IMG/VR virus record: IMGVR_UViG_3300045988_100207 | Source of the DNA: a virus | Reading direction: 5' to 3' (one strand) | DNA length: 64,000 bases | Shown here: positions 59,970 through 64,000 of the stretch, in pieces | Position numbering within the stretch: position 1 is the stretch's first letter | Layout of the letters: each line of letters begins with the position of its first letter | Notes under the pieces: model-generated | What the model saw: only the letters and a program-made list of their open reading frames with translations | The model's database searches: none | Told to the model about the DNA's origin: nothing | Position numbers and translations under genes: made by a program

Positions 59970-60785
59970 ATGAATATAAAAAAGTCAGATATGGGAAATA
60001 AGATTAATGTAGCGGAAATCCTAAAGGATAAGCCGCAAGGAACTAAGTTGTACGACTTATTACGCAATATAGACGTAGAGTTAGATAAAGTCAACACAAC
60101 AGACGTTGGTACTTATATAGAATGTACATCAACTAATGAAGTAGGCAGTACTCTTTTGTTTGATTATTCAAAACTAGGTACAGAAAAATGCTGGCTTGCA
60201 GGCTTACGGATTCTCCTTCCTTCTAAGAATATGCGTGACTGGGGCAAGTTCGCCTGGAAGAAGGGCGATTTGCTTATCAATAGTTGTGGATTTCAGTGCA
60301 TTTTCAAAGAATGGGCATCTGATGATTATACAAAGTTCAACGGATGCTATTCTAATAGCAGGGATGGTTACGAAGACGTATCAAATGCAGAAACAGCTAA
60401 GTTTGACAAGTTAGAAAACAATATTGCCTATGGATATGTCAGAGAGATTGAAAGAAAATTAGGTGGCATACTAAACCTTGAGACTTTGGAGATTGAGAAG
60501 ACTCAGCCAGAGTTCAAGGATGGGGATATAGCTTTTGCCGACTATGGTAATAGACAAGATGTATTTATAGTATCAGATAAAACTGATTTATCAGAAGGTT
60601 ATAGCTCATTTATTTCTTTAGATTTAAGTAGTCTAACTTTGAGTATGGGCTGCAGAATTAGTTTCTTTAAGAAAGACCTTTGTAAACTTCGCCTTGCCAC
60701 TGACTCAGAGAAAAACAGCTCTTTGATGCTCTCGAAAAGGAAGGCAAAGCTTGGGATGCTGAGAAGAAACAGATTGTGGATTTGA
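59970..60785 (+). CDS. hypothetical protein, 5' part of an apparently frameshifted gene
   Basis: After the A5 run at 60711-60715, the last ~24 codons read as junk-like KNSSLMLSKRKAKLGMLRRNRLWI. Confidence 0.6.
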   Translation: MNIKKSDMGNKINVAEILKDKPQGTKLYDLLRNIDVELDKVNTTDVGTYIECTSTNEVGSTLLFDYSKLGTEKCWLAGLRILLPSKNMRDWGKFAWKKGDLLINSCGFQCIFKEWASDDYTKFNGCYSNSRDGYEDVSNAETAKFDKLENNIAYGYVREIERKLGGILNLETLEIEKTQPEFKDGDIAFADYGNRQDVFIVSDKTDLSEGYSSFISLDLSSLTLSMGCRISFFKKDLCKLRLATDSEKNSSLMLSKRKAKLGMLRRNRLWI

Positions 60786-61006
60786 AGCCAAAGGTTGAGC
60801 TGAATCCATTCGATAATGTGTTGGTTAGACATCAAAAAACTGAGGAATGGCGTGCAAATATATTTAGCCATACAGATAAGACAGATGAATATCTTGACTA
60901 TGTATGTGTTAATGGTAGATGGGAGTTCTGTATCCCTTACGAAGGCAACGAATCATTGTTAGGTACAACTAAAGATGTGGAGGTAAGTTATGGACGAAGC
61001 TTTTAA
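60704..61006 (+). pseudogene. 3' part of the same gene in the -1 frame
   Basis: The -1 frame opens right after TGA 60701-60703 and reads ...EKKQLFDALEKEGKAWDAEKKQIVDLKPKVELNPFDNVLVRHQ.... Confidence 0.5.
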
Positions 61007-61136
61007 GAAAGAACTTATAGAGCATTGTAAAAGGCAAATGCAACGCTTTGAGAGAATGGGAAGAACAGATTCTTTCGCATATAAAGAACATGCTGTTTTA
61101 CTTAGTTTTCTTGAACGTCCATATTTACATTTTTAA
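60990..61136 (+). CDS. possible small ORF (48 aa)
   Basis: MDEAFKKELIEHCKRQMQRFERMGR.... Below the track cutoff. Confidence 0.35.
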   Translation: MDEAFKKELIEHCKRQMQRFERMGRTDSFAYKEHAVLLSFLERPYLHF

Positions 61137-61149
61137 TACAACAATAGTT

Positions 61150-61715
61150 ATGATAGACGATAAGAAAATAGAAGGAGCCGCAAGAAGATACAGCAAAGTG
61201 ACGGATTGTGATAAGGAAGAAGCCTTATTAATTAGGGTGTCCAGTTCCATGTTCTCGTTTTTGATTATGTTTTAGCAACTTAGCACACTGTAAATCAGTA
61301 AATTAAGCACAAAATATAAGACAAATTTAACTATCAAAAAGTCTGATGTAGATTCGCACAAGATTATAGTTTATTTAGCGAATGATTATCAATGACTTAG
61401 ATGGTTATTACATTGTTTTTGATACTAAAAACTGGAACACAGAACTGGACACCCTACTTATTAATTGAAGAAGGCTTTAAGGAAGGTGCTGAGTGGGCTA
61501 TCAATGAATTCTTGAAGGACTTGTGGCATCAAACAAATAAGGAGCCAGAAGGATATGATGAATGGATATTGCTGCACTATAGTGTAGGCAACTATTATTC
61601 ATTAGCTCAAGTCAAAGAATTCAAGTCTTGGAAAGGATTTGTTGAGAATATGCCTATAGACGGGTGGTTCTATATTGATGATTTATTCTCAAAGGAAGGA
61701 GGTGGATGCAAATGA
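61150..61715 (+). pseudogene. 110-aa gene split by a 224-bp insertion
   Basis: Joining 61150-61232 to 61466-61715 restores one frame: ...TDCDKEEALLIEEGFKEGAEWAINEF.... Confidence 0.7.
61233..61456. mobile_element. MITE-like non-autonomous insertion (224 bp) with 15-bp perfect terminal inverted repeats and a 9-bp target duplication
   Basis: Left TIR TAGGGTGTCCAGTTC (61233-61247), right TIR GAACTGGACACCCTA (61442-61456). Direct repeat CTTATTAAT at 61224-61232 and 61457-61465. Confidence 0.75.
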
Positions 61716-61885
61716 CCGATGCAGAATTTAATAAGTTTGTGCTTATGCTAGAGAATGAAGCGTTTCGGTTTTCGAGAAGCCAAAACGAATTTAAGGAACA
61801 TCGAGTAGTGATAGAACAGTCTTTCAAGATAGGAGGGATGTTCATCCTTCGAGAGTTGGAAAAGTATTTTAATCAAAAGAAGTAA
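61712..61885 (+). CDS. possible small ORF (57 aa)
   Basis: ATGA overlap with the upstream gene. Below the track cutoff. Confidence 0.4.
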   Translation: MTDAEFNKFVLMLENEAFRFSRSQNEFKEHRVVIEQSFKIGGMFILRELEKYFNQKK

Positions 61886-61889
61886 GCGT

Positions 61890-62027
61890 ATGATATTATA
61901 TGAGAATCAATGTTTTGAGCTTTTAAAAGCTTTGTGTTATAGTGTCCCACAGAATCCAAATGTCGGTAGGTTTGAGATTGCAAACGTGATACTTGACACA
62001 TTACAAAAAATAAAAGATGCGGATTAA
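61890..62027 (+). CDS. possible small ORF (45 aa)
   Basis: Preceded by a TAAGCGTATG junction. Confidence 0.35.
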   Translation: MILYENQCFELLKALCYSVPQNPNVGRFEIANVILDTLQKIKDAD

Positions 62028-62054
62028 CAGCTTTCGGGCACAAATTTAAAGATA

Positions 62055-62231
62055 ATGACAAAGGAAGAAATATTGGAAAAGGCATCCGATTTTGAGGATG
62101 AAGATGAGTTTGTGAAGTGTAATAGATTGCCGTTCACTGAAGAATTGTGGCTTTTACATCAGCTAGTGTATATCGGCTTGTCTTGTACCTATACAGGTCG
62201 TGGTTATATAATTGAAAAACTTAAAGATTAG
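62055..62231 (+). CDS. possible small ORF (58 aa)
   Basis: Acidic N-terminus. Below the track cutoff. Confidence 0.4.
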   Translation: MTKEEILEKASDFEDEDEFVKCNRLPFTEELWLLHQLVYIGLSCTYTGRGYIIEKLKD

Positions 62232-62234
62232 TAA

Positions 62235-63011
62235 ATGGAAGCGAATGATTATTTGAAGGCTATGCAAGCTATGGACGAATTGGATAGACTTGTAACTAGT
62301 GTTTATCCGGATAAGTTCAAGTTGGTCTGCAAGAAGCATGGAATAGATGAATGCGAGGCGATGAACATGTATTCGTACTTGCAAAAGATGCATAAAGGTC
62401 AGTCTTGGTTAGTTAGATACAAGCCATTGGAATATCTAGAGCGTGTGTTAACACTAGCCAAAGAAGCTTATGCGTCTTACATGAACAACGGCTTGATTCT
62501 AAGTATGGTCAATTTTGGTGATAAGTATACAAGAATACTTGTAATATTTGAGAAAGATGGCGTAAGAAGCCAACAAGAATTTGACCTTAGAGAGCAAAGA
62601 ACATATGTTGATATAGCGGACTTTATTGGAAATGGTTACTCCATCGTATCTGTTATCCGTCAGTCTGACAATGTTGATAGCGAAAAGTTTGTTGGAGAAA
62701 AGGATGAACGAAGTCATAGTATTCCTATTTACGATGGTGATGTAATGCTTTGTTACGTGAATAAACCGGAATTTTGGAGTTCAGATTGGCGTAATAGCGG
62801 ACTTTATATTTGTGAGAGCGGCTCATATCATAGATTGCTATACACCCCGAATAAGGGGTACGTAAGACATGGAGAGCCTGATGTAGATGAAGACTTCACA
62901 CTTGATATTGGGGAAGAATCCTTCAGTAGTTATGTTATGACTTTAACCCAGTCTTGGTATAAGTTGGGTAATGTTCATGCAGGTATAGGCTTTTTGAAGG
63001 AGAAAGAATAG
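62235..63011 (+). CDS. hypothetical protein (258 aa)
   Basis: ATG ORF. Confidence 0.7.
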   Translation: MEANDYLKAMQAMDELDRLVTSVYPDKFKLVCKKHGIDECEAMNMYSYLQKMHKGQSWLVRYKPLEYLERVLTLAKEAYASYMNNGLILSMVNFGDKYTRILVIFEKDGVRSQQEFDLREQRTYVDIADFIGNGYSIVSVIRQSDNVDSEKFVGEKDERSHSIPIYDGDVMLCYVNKPEFWSSDWRNSGLYICESGSYHRLLYTPNKGYVRHGEPDVDEDFTLDIGEESFSSYVMTLTQSWYKLGNVHAGIGFLKEKE

Positions 63012-63032
63012 AAGAGTTAAAGGAGAGGAATA

Positions 63033-63299
63033 TCATTTCCCCTCCTTTGCCTTAATCTCCAACTCGATAGGCTTGCCGCAATGAGGGCAGATGATAGCCG
63101 GATGTGATAAGGTTTCACCATCAATAGCAAGAAAACTAGATGGCGAACAACCACAAATATTGGCTATTTGCTCTACTTTTGCAAACGAGATAGAACCATT
63201 ATTGATTTGTTGTGATAATGCCGATTGGGTTATACCTAACTTTTCGGCTACAGATGAAATGGTTTGTCCATGACTTCTAATTATTTTCTTTAAGTCCAT
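63033..63299 (-). CDS. XRE-family HTH regulator with a C-terminal CxxC ribbon (88 aa)
   Basis: QTISSVAEKLGITQSALSQQINNG and ICPHCGKPIELE. Confidence 0.8.
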   Translation of the reverse strand: MDLKKIIRSHGQTISSVAEKLGITQSALSQQINNGSISFAKVEQIANICGCSPSSFLAIDGETLSHPAIICPHCGKPIELEIKAKEGK

Positions 63300-63340
63300 A
63301 CCTTATTATATATAAGTGAATACTAATATTTATTTTGCTG

Positions 63341-63372
63341 CAAAGATAGCTTATTTCTTTTATACTACCAAA
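63341..63372 (-). promoter_or_regulatory. minus-strand promoter for the XRE gene
   Basis: CAAAGATA (63341-63348) and CAAA (63369-63372), spaced 20 nt apart. Confidence 0.55.
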
Positions 63373-63386
63373 GAAAAATAGTTAAA

Positions 63387-63496
63387 TATTAGAAACGGCT
63401 AATAAATAGCAAATAAATGTTTAGAAAAGCCTTATATGTGTTAAATAAGTGTTAATATTAGAAAATACTTATAGAAATGTTTGGTAGTATTAGAAA
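63387..63496. promoter_or_regulatory. three exact TATTAGAAA repeats (operator-like)
   Basis: Copies at 63387-63395, 63456-63464 and 63488-63496, plus a degenerate GTTTAGAAAA near 63419. Confidence 0.55.
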
Positions 63497-63511
63497 AAAC
63501 TACTATCTTTG
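63480..63511 (+). promoter_or_regulatory. plus-strand promoter
   Basis: TTTG at 63480-63483 and TATCTTTG at 63504-63511, spaced 20 nt apart. Confidence 0.55.
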
Positions 63512-63600
63512 CAATGTCTTTAAGAGATAAAGGCTTTAAAGTTTAACTATTAATTGCTGTTATGCAGCCGAGTCGGCACTCGTAAAACGGTATAGTGATT

Positions 63601-63930
63601 ATGGCTACTACATTAAGAAATACATTGAGTGAGGTAATGAAGCTTGCTTGGCAGTTCATCAAGAAGAACGGCTATACAATGAGCGAGGCTTTAAAGGTTG
63701 CTTGGATGAACATCAAGCTGAAGGGTCAGATGAAGAAGCGCATCGTGAAGTTCTACTTTCAGAAGGTTGATGGCAGCTTGCGTGAGGCATTCGGCACATT
63801 GAGCGAGAAGGTTATCCCAGCTACACAGGGTGCAGGTCGCAAGATGAATGACACTTGTCAAGTGTACTTCGATACCGAGAAAGAAGAATGGCGTTGCTTC
63901 AAGAAGGCAAACCTTATGAGAGTTGCATAA
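63601..63930 (+). CDS. hypothetical protein, DUF2693/SH3-like pattern (109 aa)
   Basis: RIVKFYFQKVDGSLREAFGTL...QVYFDTEKEEWRCFKKANL. The track start at 63595 is GTG. Confidence 0.6.
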   Translation: MATTLRNTLSEVMKLAWQFIKKNGYTMSEALKVAWMNIKLKGQMKKRIVKFYFQKVDGSLREAFGTLSEKVIPATQGAGRKMNDTCQVYFDTEKEEWRCFKKANLMRVA

Positions 63931-63962
63931 CAGATTTCTAACGATTTAAAAAGAAACTATAT

Positions 63963-64000
63963 ATGAGCGCAAAGATTATCGTGATGCAAGGCAACATGGT
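63963..64000 (+). CDS. 5' fragment of an ORF cut by the window edge
   Basis: ATG at 63963, open to the end of the window. Confidence 0.3.
   Translation, partial: MSAKIIVMQGNM

Noticed and set aside
1-64000. A CRISPR array or mini-array.
   Set aside because: Repeats occur in only 2-5 copies, without uniform repeat-spacer periodicity and with no cas genes.
1-64000. Stop-codon reassignment (TAG or TGA recoding), as in some gut phages.
   Set aside because: Long ORFs, including the 5,935-aa gene, are uninterrupted under the standard code. The two broken genes are explained by a frameshift and an insertion.

Overview
This window looks like part of a temperate tailed-phage genome from a Bacteroidota host, either a free genome or a prophage interior. 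Host evidence: repeated Bacteroides-type promoters (-33 TTTG / -7 TAnnTTTG), a Bacteroidetes-style tyrosine integrase, and a CI-type repressor with the LLCGRGSMF motif. All product calls come from reading motifs by eye; no database search was run.

Layout:
- 1-9.8 kb (+): virion genes, including a 1,238-aa collagen-like tail fibre. An antisense two-gene cassette (nuclease-like protein plus lipoprotein) interrupts them.
- 9.9-31.7 kb (-): a five-gene operon. Its last gene is one uninterrupted 5,935-aa ORF (17.8 kb) carrying ParB-like, N6-adenine methyltransferase, strawberry-notch-type helicase and two HExxH motifs. This looks like a DarB-like or polyvalent protein, but more than 3,000 aa have no motif I can recognise.
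- 31.8-33.6 kb: a repeat-rich non-coding region, then an XRE-repressor switch with three operator copies.
- 33.7-39.7 kb (+): an early operon of small ORFs with paralog families and GC-rich multi-helix intergenic elements.
- 39.8-43.2 kb (-): small basic proteins, HNH, ASCH, and a DUF559-like plus lipoprotein cassette behind a structured leader.
- 44.1-46.0 kb: integrase, CI-like and Cro-like lysogeny module.
- 46.0-46.8 kb: a coding-poor structured locus with two tRNA-like cloverleaves that lack normal anticodon loops.
- 47-64 kb (+): recombination and early genes (NinG-like, dUTPase, Rad50/SbcC-like ATPase, RecT, MBL-fold nuclease, homing HNH, YopX x2), plus many small ORFs, one frameshifted gene and one gene split by a 224-bp MITE-like insertion.

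No rRNA, canonical tRNA, CRISPR array, reverse transcriptase, terminase, portal or polymerase gene was seen.
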